DNA of 64,000 nt from Octopus sinensis (Eukaryota): the NCBI RefSeq assembly GCF_006345805.1, contig NC_043007.1, forward strand, positions 7,874,001 through 7,938,000, written 5' to 3'. Of this stretch, positions 26,332 through 39,127 are shown one piece after another. The stretch's first letter is position 1; the number at the start of each line of letters is the position of its first letter. Position numbers and translations under genes: made by a program. The notes under the pieces are model-generated. The model had not been told where the DNA came from. It made no database searches and saw only the letters and a program-made list of their open reading frames with translations.

Positions 26332-28308
26332 GATGGGTGGATGGATGGATGGATAGGTGTAGTAATGGAAGATCTGCATGAGATGAGATAAAACAACGAC
26401 ATTCGTCAGAGCAGTTCAAACGTGTGAAACACGTGACCGTCTTTAATGGCAAACATGATGCACTTCCATGTTTTTCTGGGGAAAAAATATCTGAGAGAGT
26501 CACCTCGGGACCTATATGCGAATATGAGCCTTCCACGAGTTAATATTTTCCCTGGCGCTGAATATGTGCTGTTGAAACTGGTAGGCATCGAATGTGCCCG
26601 CGCATCTTTTATGCCATCAAATACAATACGATGATATATCCCATTTGATATACTCATCTTCACACAATAAACAAAAGACTTATTTTTATCTTATGACACT
26701 TAGTAACACCTTTTTATATCACGGTAACTTATAGTAACGACTCACGTATAGTTCTCTGATTTATTGTCTATTTTCTGTTTTACACCTTATAAATCAAACA
26801 TACTTACCTCATAACCCTCTCCTCATGTATATGTGTTTCATCTAAGTTGGTAAAAACCGGAATTTACTAAGACCATACTGGAGTATATCTGTTCAAAATT
26901 GTGAGTTCGAATCAACATTAGCCAATTCTTTTAGATGAAAAACGAATTATACTAAGTTCTTCATGAGATTCTAGCTTAAGCTTTTGGGGAAGGATCAACG
27001 CAAATGTATGTCTGTCTATATGTATGTATGTGTGTGTGTATGTGTGTGTGTATGTATGTATGTATGTATGTATGCATGTGTGTATGTATGTATGCGTGTG
27101 TGTATGTGTGTGTACGTATGTATGTATGTATGTATGTATGTATGTATGTATGTATGTATGTATGTGTGAAGGCGCGTGACTTATTGGTTAGGGTATTCGG
27201 CTCCCGATTATAAGGTCGTGAGTTCAATTCTCGGCGATGCGTTGTGTCCTTGAGCAAGACACTTTATTTCCCGTTGATCGTATCAGCTGGGACCCTTGTT
27301 GTTGTGAAAGACGGATGCTCCTATGTATGTATGTATGTATGTATGTATGTATGTATGTATATGTATGCATGCATGCATGTATGCGTGTTTGAATATAATT
27401 GTGTCTAAGCATATATAATGTATATGTGTGTATGCACATATAAGCATATATAATGTATATGTGTGTATGCACATATATATGTACGTATGTGGATTCGTGT
27501 ATGTATCTTGACTCTTAGAAGGCTAGGTAAAAAAAAAACGCGCCCTTTTAAAGCCCAGATAGATAGATGGATAGACGGACAGACAGACAGACGGACGGAC
27601 GGACGGACGGACGGACGGACGGATGGATGGATGGATGGATGGATGGATAGATAGATAGATAGATAGAGGAAACATGTCTGAGTCGACCAGCCAGGGAAAG
27701 CAAGCAGCCTTCCTTCAAACCATTTGCAATCTTAAAATAGAATGACACACTCAGTAACGTGTTGTCCTAAATAAACTAATATTTAATTTTCTTTTGTATG
27801 GAGTGCGAAGACGGAGACGTGATGGTCGCACTCGAAATCGTCTTGCGTCATATCTTAGATGTGTTTAATTAGATTCTGCCAGGACATTAAACAATAAGAA
27901 TATGCAAGACTATTCAGGTTGAAGCGAAAATTAGGGACAATTCTTTCGTTAGACGAAAGCTTCGCTAATGACATAATAGTCGGGAGCTTAAAGGGTGCAG
28001 GTGTATAATTATCCATCTTTGGGAGAGAAAGCGAAGCAGTGCCTGACATTCTCTGCATCTCGCTTTGAATAGACATCCATTGATTCCATTCTGTAAAGTA
28101 TTTCAATGCAACTGGAAGAGAAAAAAAACTCTTTCGATTCTGCGCCTTCGGTTGCTGGGAATATGGTAAACACATTAGTTCGTCAATAATGATGATGATG
28201 ATGATGATGATATAGGTGTGTGTGTGTGTATACACATAAGTATATAGGCACAGACACACACACACACACACACACACAAATATATATATACGGTATATAC
28301 ATATACAG

Positions 28309-28352
<44 letters not shown>

Positions 28353-28398
28353 TAAGAACATGTATATTTTTATACATATGCATACATATGTATGTATA

Positions 28399-28470
28399 TC
28401 TCACTGAAGAATTCTCCCTGAGCAAATAAATTATCTTTATTGCTGAAAAGAAAGAAACTGCAGTCTGAGA
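28399..28470 (+). ncRNA. Type I hammerhead ribozyme motif
   Basis: tctca CTGAAGA [long stem II] GAAA ctgcag TC tgaga; stem I tctca/tgaga; palindromic stem III ACTGCAGT. Confidence 0.7.
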
Positions 28471-28649
28471 ATTACCGGTTTAGTAAATGTTTTTATCTTC
28501 ATTCACTTAATTTATCAAGCTTCTGTATTCCTAGCACATTTTTCGCCTTAATGTACTGATATATGAAAAATATATGGCTTGTGTTAGTAATACCAGCGAT
28601 TATAATTATTTTTATTTTATCGCAATTTGATTTGTTTATATATATATAT

Positions 28650-28698
<49 letters not shown>

Positions 28699-29005
28699 TA
28701 ATATGCATATATATATATATATACATATATATACGACATATACACACATATATATATACATATACATATATACATATATACTATACATATATACATATAT
28801 ATACATATACATATATACATATACATATATGTATATACATATATACATATATATATTTACATATACATATATGCATATACATATATACATATACATATAT
28901 ATATACATATACATATATGCATATACATATATACATATACATATATATATATATATATACATATATATATACATACATATATGTGTATATATATACACAT
29001 ATTTC

Positions 29006-29050
<45 letters not shown>

Positions 29051-29442
29051 ATATATATATATTCTCCCTGGGCAAATAAATTATCTTGTTTGCTGAATAG
29101 AAAGAAACTGCAGTCTGAGAATTTTCCGGTTTAGTAAATGTTTTTATCTTCATTTCACTAATTTATCAAGCTTTTGTATTCCTAGCACATATTTCGCCTT
29201 AATGTACTGATATATGAAAAATATATGGCGTGTGTAGTAATACCACAGCGATTATAATTATTTTTATTTTATCGCAATTTGATTTGTTTACATATTTCTC
29301 GATAAATATGAGCGCCAGGCGATATACCAGATCCCTAGTGTTGTCGGGACGTCGGAGTCTGCGCAGTGATATGATTAGTTAGGAAGAGTAACTCATTAGA
29401 CGCACATGCTTCTAGTGAGTTAGGATCCCAGAAAAAACAGGG

Positions 29443-29511
29443 TCTCACTGAGCATTCTCCCGGGCAAATAATTATCTTGTTTGCTGAATAGAAAGAAACT
29501 GCAGTCTGAGA
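29443..29511 (+). ncRNA. Type I hammerhead motif with altered core (ctgagc)
   Basis: Same layout as the other units, but the core is damaged by mutation or assembly error. Confidence 0.5.
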
Positions 29512-29829
29512 ATTTTCCGGTTATAAATGTTTTTATCTTCATTCACTTAATTTATCAAGCTTTTGTATTCCTAGCACATATTTCGCCTTAATGTACTGAT
29601 ATATGAAAAATATATGGCTTGTGTTAGTAATACCAGCGATTATAATTATTTTATTTATCGCAATTGATTTGTTTACATATTTCTCGATAAATTATGAGCG
29701 CCAGGCGATATACCAGAATTCCCTAGTGTTGTCGGGACGTTCGGAGTCTGCGCAGTGATATGATTAGTTAGGAAGAGTAATCATTAGACGCACATGCTTC
29801 TAGTGAGTTAGGATCCCAGAAAAACAGGG

Positions 29830-29897
29830 TCTCACTGAAGAATTCTCCCGGCAAAAAATTATCTTGTTTGGGAATAGAAAGAAACTGCAGTCTGAGA
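29830..29897 (+). ncRNA. Type I hammerhead ribozyme motif
   Basis: tctca CTGAAGA ... GAAA ctgcag TC tgaga. Confidence 0.7.
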
Positions 29898-30061
29898 ATT
29901 TTCCGTTTAGTAAAGTTTTTATCTTCATTTCACTTAATTTATCAAGCTTTTGTATCCTAGCACATATTTCGCCTTAATGTACTGATATATGAAAAATATA
30001 TGGTTGTGTTAGTTAATACCAGCGATTATAATTATTTTTATTTTATCGCAATTTGATTTGT

Positions 30062-30092
<31 letters not shown>

Positions 30093-30737
30093 GTTACTAT
30101 TATTCCGTGCCTCAGAAGTACTGGTTTATTATGGTAAGTGCATGCTACCTGGCAACATTGTACTCAGAATACAAAAGCAGTCAAACAATGAAACTAATAA
30201 AATAAAAGAGTTTATTTAATTCTTGGAACGACCAATTCTTTCGTCTGCATGAGAGGAATGGAAAAAGAACAACAATAATGAAATGAAGGAACCAGTTCAC
30301 TGTGAATCCATTATTTGTTGTGGGGTACCTAAGGGATTGTGCTTTCCATTGTGATTGGCCTCTGTGAATGTGTATGGGTAAATATGTGTGTGCGCGGGCG
30401 CATGCGCATCAGCCTATAAATTTATATATATATACATGCATACAAACATACGCATATATATAATCGTATGTATATTTATAAATATATATATTTACATATA
30501 TATATATAAATATTTACATACATATACATATATATACATATATATATATACATATACATAAATATATATACATATATATATAAATATTTATATATAGATA
30601 TATATATATATATACATACATATATACATTTTTATACATATATTATATATATATATACATATATACATATATATACATATACACACACACATATATAGAG
30701 ATACATACATATATATATATACACATACACACACATA

Positions 30738-30770
<33 letters not shown>

Positions 30771-31037
30771 ATATATATGAGATGAAAGAAAGGGCAAGTG
30801 GGACGGACAGTAGAATAGGTGTATATTATTCATGGTAGCCTTACATAATGACCAATCTTGTAGCTCTTCATATGAAACTAAAATAATTGATATGTAACAA
30901 TATTAATCTCAATGGATGAGGATAAGAGAAAGTTGTGTTATTAAAGTGGAACAGAAGAAATGCCTAAAAGCTGTAAAGAGGCCCAGGAGGAATAGAAGGA
31001 ATGGAATGGGTTAATGTTTGAACAATAGTAAAGTTGG

Positions 31038-31240
31038 GAAGAAGAAGAAGAAGAAGAAGAAGAAGAAGAAGAAGAAGAAGAAGAAAGAAGAAGAAGAAGA
31101 AGAAGAAAGAAGAAGAAGAAAGAAGAAGAAGAAGAAGAAGAAGAGAGAAGAAGAAGAAGAAGAAAGAAGAAGAAGAAGAAGAAGAAGAAGAAGAAGAAGA
31201 AGAAGAAGAAGAAGAAGAAGAAGAAGAAGAAGAAGAAAGG
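31038..31240. repeat. (GAA)n microsatellite
   Basis: Direct sequence. Confidence 0.95.
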
Positions 31241-32154
31241 AGGAAGCAGAGAGAGAAACAGAGTGATAGAAATAGACTGTGGAAGAGGGGGAGAGAGAGA
31301 GAGAGCGAGAGAGAGAAATAAAGCTGGAAATAGAAAGACAAATAGAAGTCAGATTTAATGGGAAAAAACCAGCTGAAAGAATTGAACAAAAATGTGAATA
31401 GACGCGATATCTATATATATATGGCGTTGGGAGACCGGAGTTAGTGATGGTGGGGAGGAGGGAAAATGTGTTTTGGAAATGTAGTTTGAAAAAAATCTGT
31501 TAAACATATTCTTCAAAATATTCGTGTCTGAATTTTACGCACGACCTGGTTTGCTAGACACGCGATTTTAATGTAGAGATCGAGGATTTGCTTCGTTTGG
31601 TTTGCGGCTGTTGGTCTTTTTTCTTTTCTTTTCTGAACATACATGTGTATGAATATATAAGTTTTTCAATATATTAAACACATTGTCTGCTTGTACCATT
31701 ATATGTTTATTTGTCTACATGATTCGACATAGATGCAATTATATAGAGGTATATATCTATAAATAAGCATATATATATATATACATATAGTTTACCGTTC
31801 CATTATAGGTAATATCAATAAAGAAGTACTCCATCCACAGAGAGATAAATATTATTTAATCTACACAATATATGAATAAGACCTGCTAATAGTTTCATAC
31901 CATGGGAACACGATGTTTTCGCAGGTTTATACCTAAAGTACATTATATAAATCTACCGGTTTTATCGTCTTCCATGATAAGAGATACTACTAGTATCTCT
32001 TATTTAAATATTATAATATATATTATATATATATATATATATATCTATATGTGTGGTGTGTGTGTGTGTGTGTGTGTGTGTTGTGTGTGTGTGTGTGTGA
32101 AGAGATAGATAGTTAGATATGAATATATATGTAAATAGGTGTAAAATGAGTCTG

Positions 32155-32235
<81 letters not shown>

Positions 32236-32671
32236 CAAGATTTAAGGAATGGAGTTGATAAGATCCGTGCTAATATGTTTCACAACGAGCGGAACCTTGG
32301 AAATGGTAAACCTCGAAAGATATGTGTACCGCAGGCTACTCTTCAGACTGAGGATATTAAATGAAAGTTTACATTGTCGCAAGGAAGAACATGTTATCAC
32401 ATGGAAGATTCAATCGCACACCCGGCAACCTTGTAATATTAACTGTGAAATATTAAAAGAACTTTTACAGAGAATCGTACTTCGATACGAAAAAATCCAC
32501 AACCTTCCGTCTCAAAAGAACATTATTATCCCTGAAAGTTATTTTTATATTTACTACGGATTGCTTGAAGCTAAATTCCTTCCTACACCTCGAAAGCTGG
32601 TTCTTATATAGACAAACAGACAGACACACAGACACACAGACACACAGACAGACATTTAGATAGATAGATAA

Positions 32672-32789
<118 letters not shown>

Positions 32790-32799
32790 TTAAATATAT

Positions 32800-33212
32800 T
32801 GACTGTTATACATATGCCAGAAGTGGCCGCCATTGTATTGTACCAAAAGTATCATCCACTCCATCTAAATTCAGGACCAAATACTGCAATAGTCTAGGGT
32901 TCAACGGCCCACATCTCTTCAATGCCCAGCCACAAAAATTAAGAAATCTGCATAAGGTAGTATTAGATGTCTTCAAAAGGGAACTAAACATCTTCCTCTC
33001 CACAATACCGAATGAACCAACAGCCTGACATGAAGCAAAGACGAGGGCAGCAGAATCAAACACATTTATACACCAGATGGGCCAACAGCTGGGGCAAAGG
33101 CACATACAGGAGTGCTAATGTGAATCACCCCAGACTGGGGAAATCAGAAAGTCCATGGTGGTGCTCCAGCATGACCGCAGCTGCATGGCTGAAACGAGTA
33201 AAAAAATAAAAG
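32800..33212 (+). mobile_element. CR1-clade LINE 3' end
   Basis: GRHCIVPKV...YCNSLGFNGPHLFNAQPQKLRNL...FKRELNIFLSTIPNEP; tail ggtgctccagcatgaccgcagc...ctgaaacgagtaaa. Confidence 0.8.
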
Positions 33213-33262
33213 AATATATATTTATATATATACATATATATATGTATATATACATCTATATA

Positions 33263-33664
33263 GTAAACATTATTTGCCAACATAACGTAGCTGTCCTGAT
33301 TTAGGACGAATGTTACTGTTATTTAGACCCTAAAAACATTGTCTCCAGCTGGCTATACGACACATTATTTGTGTACTTATATTTTCGAAGGAAGTTTAGC
33401 ATCCTCACTCAGCACAAAACGATATCTGTATATCGCGATTTGGGGGTTATTTCCCTTCATCAGCACAGAATAACTGTTTGGATAGAGGTGGCACTGCTAA
33501 ATTCTTGTTCGAAATATATAGTTTTCAAACTCCCTTGTTCAAAAATATAAGGACATAGATAATGTGTCCTATAGCCAACTGGAGACGATGTTTCCTGGAG
33601 CTAAGTAACAGTAACACTCGTCCTAAACCAAGACTGCTACGTTATGTTAGCAAATAATCTTTAC
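33263..33664. mobile_element. Foldback element: ~135-bp imperfect inverted arms around a hammerhead-like motif (33426-33468, minus)
   Basis: Arms 33263-33397 and 33527-33664; centre on minus: ctgtg CTGATGA aggg..cccc cAAA tcgcga TA tacag. Confidence 0.65.
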
Positions 33665-33773
33665 TCTAGAGTATTATTACTGAATGTCTCCCCTTCAGAT
33701 ATTTACAAATAGAAATTTTACATTTTAAATATACATATATATATACATATATACATATAATACATATATATAC

Positions 33774-33807
<34 letters not shown>

Positions 33808-33830
33808 GAAGTATATGTAGTATGTGTATA

Positions 33831-33871
<41 letters not shown>

Positions 33872-33984
33872 GTACATATATATGTATATTATGTATGCAT
33901 ATATATGTATATACATATATGCATGTACATATATATATATATATTATAGCATATACATATACATACATATATATATATATACAT

Positions 33985-34057
<73 letters not shown>

Positions 34058-34516
34058 CCTTTACGTTTATACTTTTTATACTTAACATCATTTTTACTGT
34101 AAACATGTATTTGCCTCCTTCCAATGGGTGTAGAAAGAATTGCCTTTTACACACACATCCTTACATTTATGTTTTTCTCCTCCGCTGCACTCGTTTATAT
34201 AAGCCAGTTTCTTGTATTGTCTCCGTATTTTTTCTCACCCTCAGGTTCACGGCTTCGCTTTTTCAAAAGTTATTAAAATATTTTTTTCTTCTATGTATTA
34301 TTCCGTTTTTGCTTCAGATCTGCCAAGAATTCACATAATACATTCTTAGAGTTTATAATATTCTTATTCTCTCTATTTAAACTCCACTTCTATACACTTT
34401 ATAAAAGCAGATTAACACTATACATATACATATATATATGTGTGTTTGTGTGTGCATGGGTGTGTGTGTATACATATATGATATATATACATATCATATA
34501 TATATATATATGATCC

Positions 34517-34665
34517 ATACATGTGTATATTCAAAGGGCAAGACCGCTAGGTAGTCGACCGTATGCTAGAAATAGATCACCAACGATCAAACTTTTGATC
34601 GTTGGTGATTTATTTCTAGCATACGGGCGACCTAGCGGTCTTGCCCTTTGAATATACACATGTAT
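34517..34665. repeat. Near-perfect ~150-bp hairpin/palindrome
   Basis: atacatgtgtatattcaaagggcaagaccgctagg...gatcaaa cT tttgatc...cctagcggtcttgccctttgaatatacacatgtat. Confidence 0.9.
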
Positions 34666-34955
34666 TAGAATTTTCTCTGATTTTTCAGATTTTTGTATGC
34701 TAGGCTACTGGTTTTAAATTGATGTTAATTAAATTAATATTCAATCATCTCCCTCGTTATTTAAATATATATGATCATATATATATATATATATATCATA
34801 TATATGAGATATATATATATACATATATGATATATATATATATATACATATATGATATATATATGTATATATATGATATATATATGTATATATATATGAT
34901 ATATATATGTATATATATATATATATATATATGATATAATATATATATATATATT

Positions 34956-34986
<31 letters not shown>

Positions 34987-35003
34987 GATCTCTATATATA
35001 TAA

Positions 35004-36722
35004 TCTTTTTTTATATCTAGTTCAGCTCAGGAGCTGTGCCCATGCTGGGGCACCGCCATTTGTTGTTGCCACATAATTTTACTTCACGAATGCTTTTTAG
35101 GAATTGACATTTGGTGCATGAAGGAGTTTGATGCCACTGCCCTCATCTGCACCTACTGCCACGAAGTTGGTTTATCGGGGACACTTGACAGTAAGAGGTC
35201 CAGCTTTACTTTGAAGACACCTACATCCCCCCATGCAGGTCTCTCAGGTCCTTCGGGGGATATTGAGGAGCTGTGGACCTCTGAAGCCCAGGCTATTGCA
35301 GTATCTTGTCCCAGTTCAAGCATTGGTGTAACTCTCGATGCCAAAGTTTGGGACATGTCCTTCCAGGATTTTCCAGATGTATATTATGGCGTATCTTTCT
35401 CACCTACGCTCTAAGGAATAGAGTCTTAATATCGTGAGTCTTTCCCAGTAGCTTATATGCTGCATAGAGGCTATCTTCGTGTAGCTTCGTTGGATTGCCT
35501 TAAGTTCTGAGATTAATTTGACACTAGCTAGTAACTATAGCTGAGAGCAATAGTCAAAGTGGCTTAAGACAAGTATCCTCCAGGGTACCCTCATGGTTTC
35601 CTGCTCTCTTTTTCTAAAAGTTCTAAGAATCCATCCGGTCAGCCGCCTGCATTTCATTGCCAATTTAGCAACTTGCACGCGGAAGGATGCATCCTTGCTC
35701 ATGTACATGCCCAGGACTCACACTGACTGATCCTCTGGGATTGAAATCCTTCCAGGTCCAGTGTATTTAATGGGTATTGCATTTAGTTTTGCATGCTGAT
35801 AGCATAAAGCTTGAAACTTTTCAGCATTGAACTGCATGCTATTCTTTTCAGCCCACTTGTATATTTTGTCCAGCTCACATTGCAGGTGCATAGTGTCTTC
35901 AGGGTTCTGTATTACCTGTGAGACTTTTGTATCATCTGGGTAACTTGTGATCGTGGCTCTGTGTGTGACTTAGGGCATGTCTGAGAGGGACATTATGAAC
36001 AGCAGTGGTCCCAAAACAGTGCCTTGCAGAACACCGCTCACTATTTGCATGTTATTGGAGATGGCCCCATTGGCTATTATCACCTGACTTCTATCCTTCA
36101 GAAAGTCATGAAGCCATTCTCCCAATTTTCCAACTATGCCGAGATCACGTAGTTTGTGACATATCATTCCATGATCGACTTTATCAAAGGCCTTTGCAAA
36201 GTCGAGATATATCACTTCCGCATTTGAGTGGTTGAGCAGTTGTTTCAGCACCCAGTCATAGTGTTGTAGGAGCTGAGTTAGGCAGCTTATTCCTGGTCGG
36301 AAACCATGTTGGGTGTCAGGCAGCAAGTCATTTTCTTCAAGGAAGGCGATTAGTTTTCTTCTGACTATTCGTTCCGTGATCTTGCTGTTGTGTGAGGTCA
36401 GAGAGATAGGTCTGTAGTTCTTGGCCTCCGCTCTGCTACCTCCTTTATGAATAGGGCATATTTTACCCTCCTTCAGTTTTCTTAGAAGTTTGCCAGTTGC
36501 AAGGAAGCTCTGAAAGAAGGACTGCAGTGGCCTTTCTAGAACTCGCTTACATACTTTTAGAAGGATTGCTAGGAATCCATCAGGGCCAGTAGCTGAGTTC
36601 AGATTCATTTCATCTATAGCCTTTATTACATCGTCTTTTATATTGATGTAATCGATCATCATTGCCTTTGTTTTTATATCTACAGTGGTAAAAAAAGTCA
36701 GTTGGATTGCTGACTTGCAAAT
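35004..36722 (-). mobile_element. CR1-clade LINE, 5'-truncated (RT to 3' UTR), degenerate
   Basis: ORF 35970-36662: GPDG, NYRPISLTS, QHGFR, YLDFAKAFDKV, SGVLQGTVLGPLLF; then YPDDTK and a CR1-type C-terminus; 3' tail ggcggtgccccagcatgg. Confidence 0.92.
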
Positions 36723-37164
36723 GTCCTATAAAAAGCAGAGGCAGTGATGATCGATTACATCGATATAAAGGAAGACGATGTAATAATGGCTATAGATGAA
36801 ATGGACCCAAATTCAGCTACTGCAACGACGGGAAAACAGTACTAACTTCTTCCTTAGTTATGTAGCTCAGTTTAAAAGAGACTACACTTCAGATAACCCC
36901 TTCCTAAAAAGATCCAGAACAAATACATCTACAGAAATAAATATACGTCCACCTAGATCAAACTATCAACATCCAAAAGAACACAAACGCAGAAAACTGA
37001 CCCAACGCCTAGAAGTAAACCATTCTCTATCAATTCTCATCAATTAGAAACACTAGAAGAAACCAACCTAGAGTTAGGAGAAATTTTTTCTCCCCAGCAA
37101 CTAGAAACATCCAAGAGACCCCCCACCCATTACCCCTCAACGAAGAAACTCAACCTACGGGTCC

Positions 37165-37264
37165 NNNNNNNNNNNNNNNNNNNNNNNNNNNNNNNNNNNN
37201 NNNNNNNNNNNNNNNNNNNNNNNNNNNNNNNNNNNNNNNNNNNNNNNNNNNNNNNNNNNNNNNN
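37165..37264. other. Assembly gap (100 N)
   Basis: Run of N. Confidence 1.
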
Positions 37265-37286
37265 TTCAGCTATGGCACCTTCTCTA

Positions 37287-38574
37287 CGAGGGGCGTTCAA
37301 TAAGTAATGCACCTGACCCACTTCCCATAGCAGTAGAGCAACGAAACTTGGCACATTTATTAGTCTTTTTCTACATAGGAACCACCCAGAGTTACGCATT
37401 TCTCCCATCGTTTGATGCAGCTCTGAAGACCGTTTTTGTAGAAGACCCCAGCTTGGTTCTCCAACCACGACGTGACTTCAGAAATCAAGGCTGCATCATC
37501 TGGGAAACGCTTTCCTTTCAAAATCAACTTCATGGCTGGGAAGAGGTGAAAATCAGAGGGTGCAAGGTCAGGAAAGTAGGTGGTATGGGGAGGAGTTCAT
37601 AGCCGCACGCCTGTGCTTCTGATCTGGTGACACGCGAGTTGTGGACCGGAGCGTTGTCCTGCAGGAGGAGGATGCCTTTGCTGATCTTGCCCGCCTCTTG
37701 ATTTTGATAACTTCTCTTAATTTCCTCAAAAGTGAAGCATAATAGACTCCTGTAATTGTGGCATCCTTTGCCAAGAAATCTGTCATCACTACTCCGTCCT
37801 GGTCCCAGAAGACTGGGAGCATGACCTTGTCAGCGGAGGGCTGCACCCTTGCCTTCTTTGGAGGAGGTGAGTCACGGTGCTTCCACTGCATTGACTGGGC
37901 TTTGGTCTCTGGATCATAGTGATGGACCCAGGGTTCATCCTGTGCAATCAGTCTTTTGAAAAATTTTGACTCATCTTCTTGGCACATCTTCAAATTCATC
38001 CTCGCGCTATCGACGCGTTCTTGCTTCTGGAAAGGTGTGAGCAGCCTGGGAATCCATCTGGCAGACACCTTTTGCATATGCAAATGGTCATGAATGATAG
38101 TTTCCACAGACCCGGTACTAATCTTGACCTCATGGGCTATTCGGCGAATAGTTATGCGTCGATCTTCCAAAATGGCAGCCTCAACTTGACGGACAGATGC
38201 CTCGTCAATGGCAGAAGGGGCGACCAGATCTGGGAGCTGTTTCCACAAAGTTCCGACCATGTTTGAATTCACGATGCCAGCGTTTTACAAGGTCATATGA
38301 TGGGGCATCATCCAATAAGTTACTTTTATTTCATCAAAAGTCTCCCGTGGTGTGCGTCCTTTCAAATACAAAAACCGCATCACTGCTCGACACTCAACAG
38401 GCTCCGTTTCACACTTGACTCAGTTCAAACACCTGTAAATCAGAAACCACAATTAGTTCAGAGCTGTAATTTGCCACTTAATCTATAGAGATATAGGTAA
38501 TTTCACCTGCAAAATTTCAGCTAGATCAAACAAATGCAAGTGGGTCAGAGGCATTACTTATTGAACGCCCCTCG
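37287..38574 (-). mobile_element. Full-length mariner transposon with frameshifted transposase
   Basis: TIRs cgaggggcgttcaataagtaatgc at both ends with TA TSDs (37285-86, 38575-76); WIPRLL, DEPW and PDLAPSDFHLFP motifs; frameshifts and lost start codon. Confidence 0.95.
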
Positions 38575-38639
38575 TATATACAGCACAAATGTCGCGAGCA
38601 GCTTTTGCGGCCTTAGAACCTTGATTAAAAGCAAAAAGA

Positions 38640-38832
38640 AGGAGGTGTCGAAAAATGCTCGTTTTTCTTAACTTGACATTCCATTTTAATGATCTGAAAA
38701 CTAAACAAAAATTAACTAAAATTTACTAGAAAAAAAACAAAGATTCCAAAATGATTCAAAAATAGAATTCTCGAAACAAATAGATTCCAAAATTTAAAAA
38801 TAAACGGCGGGAACTTAGTTGCCGATCCAATA
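38640..38832 (-). mobile_element. Second mariner-type terminal fragment
   Basis: ta|ttggatcggcaactaagttcccgccg resembles a mariner TIR. Confidence 0.45.
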
Positions 38833-39018
38833 TATATACATTGGAACATATATATATATATATGGCCGCAGTCAAATGACTGAAACAAGTAAACGAGTAA
38901 ACGAGAGAAACGAGTATATATATATATATATAATAATATTATATATATATATATATATAATATATATATATATAATACATATATATATATATACATTATA
39001 TATGCATTGAAGATATAT

Positions 39019-39068
<50 letters not shown>

Positions 39069-39093
39069 ATATACATCTATATATTATGCATTG

Positions 39094-39127
<34 letters not shown>

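Larger units (their letters stand above)
28399..30064 (+). mobile_element. Retrozyme-like tandem array of ~386-391-nt hammerhead-containing units (partial unit 28399-28638; about 2.6 units at 29061-30064) embedded in (TA)n
   Basis: Near-identical units; the GTC cleavage triplet ends at 28465, 29115, 29506 and 29892; no ORF. Confidence 0.8.

Noticed and set aside
26406-26663. 85-aa non-repetitive ORF as a host exon
   Set aside because: No recognisable domain or clear splice boundaries; length is within chance expectation
28399-30064. CRISPR-like array or plain satellite interpretation
   Set aside because: Units are wholly repeated with no unique spacers and no cas genes; the hammerhead motif explains them better
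31878-31930. Hammerhead-like layout on the minus strand (acctgc...GAAActatTAgcaggt)
   Set aside because: CUGANGA core absent; at best a decayed remnant
32249-32611. 120-aa ORF with faint Tc1/mariner DDE resemblance
   Set aside because: Catalytic motifs and TIRs not recognisable
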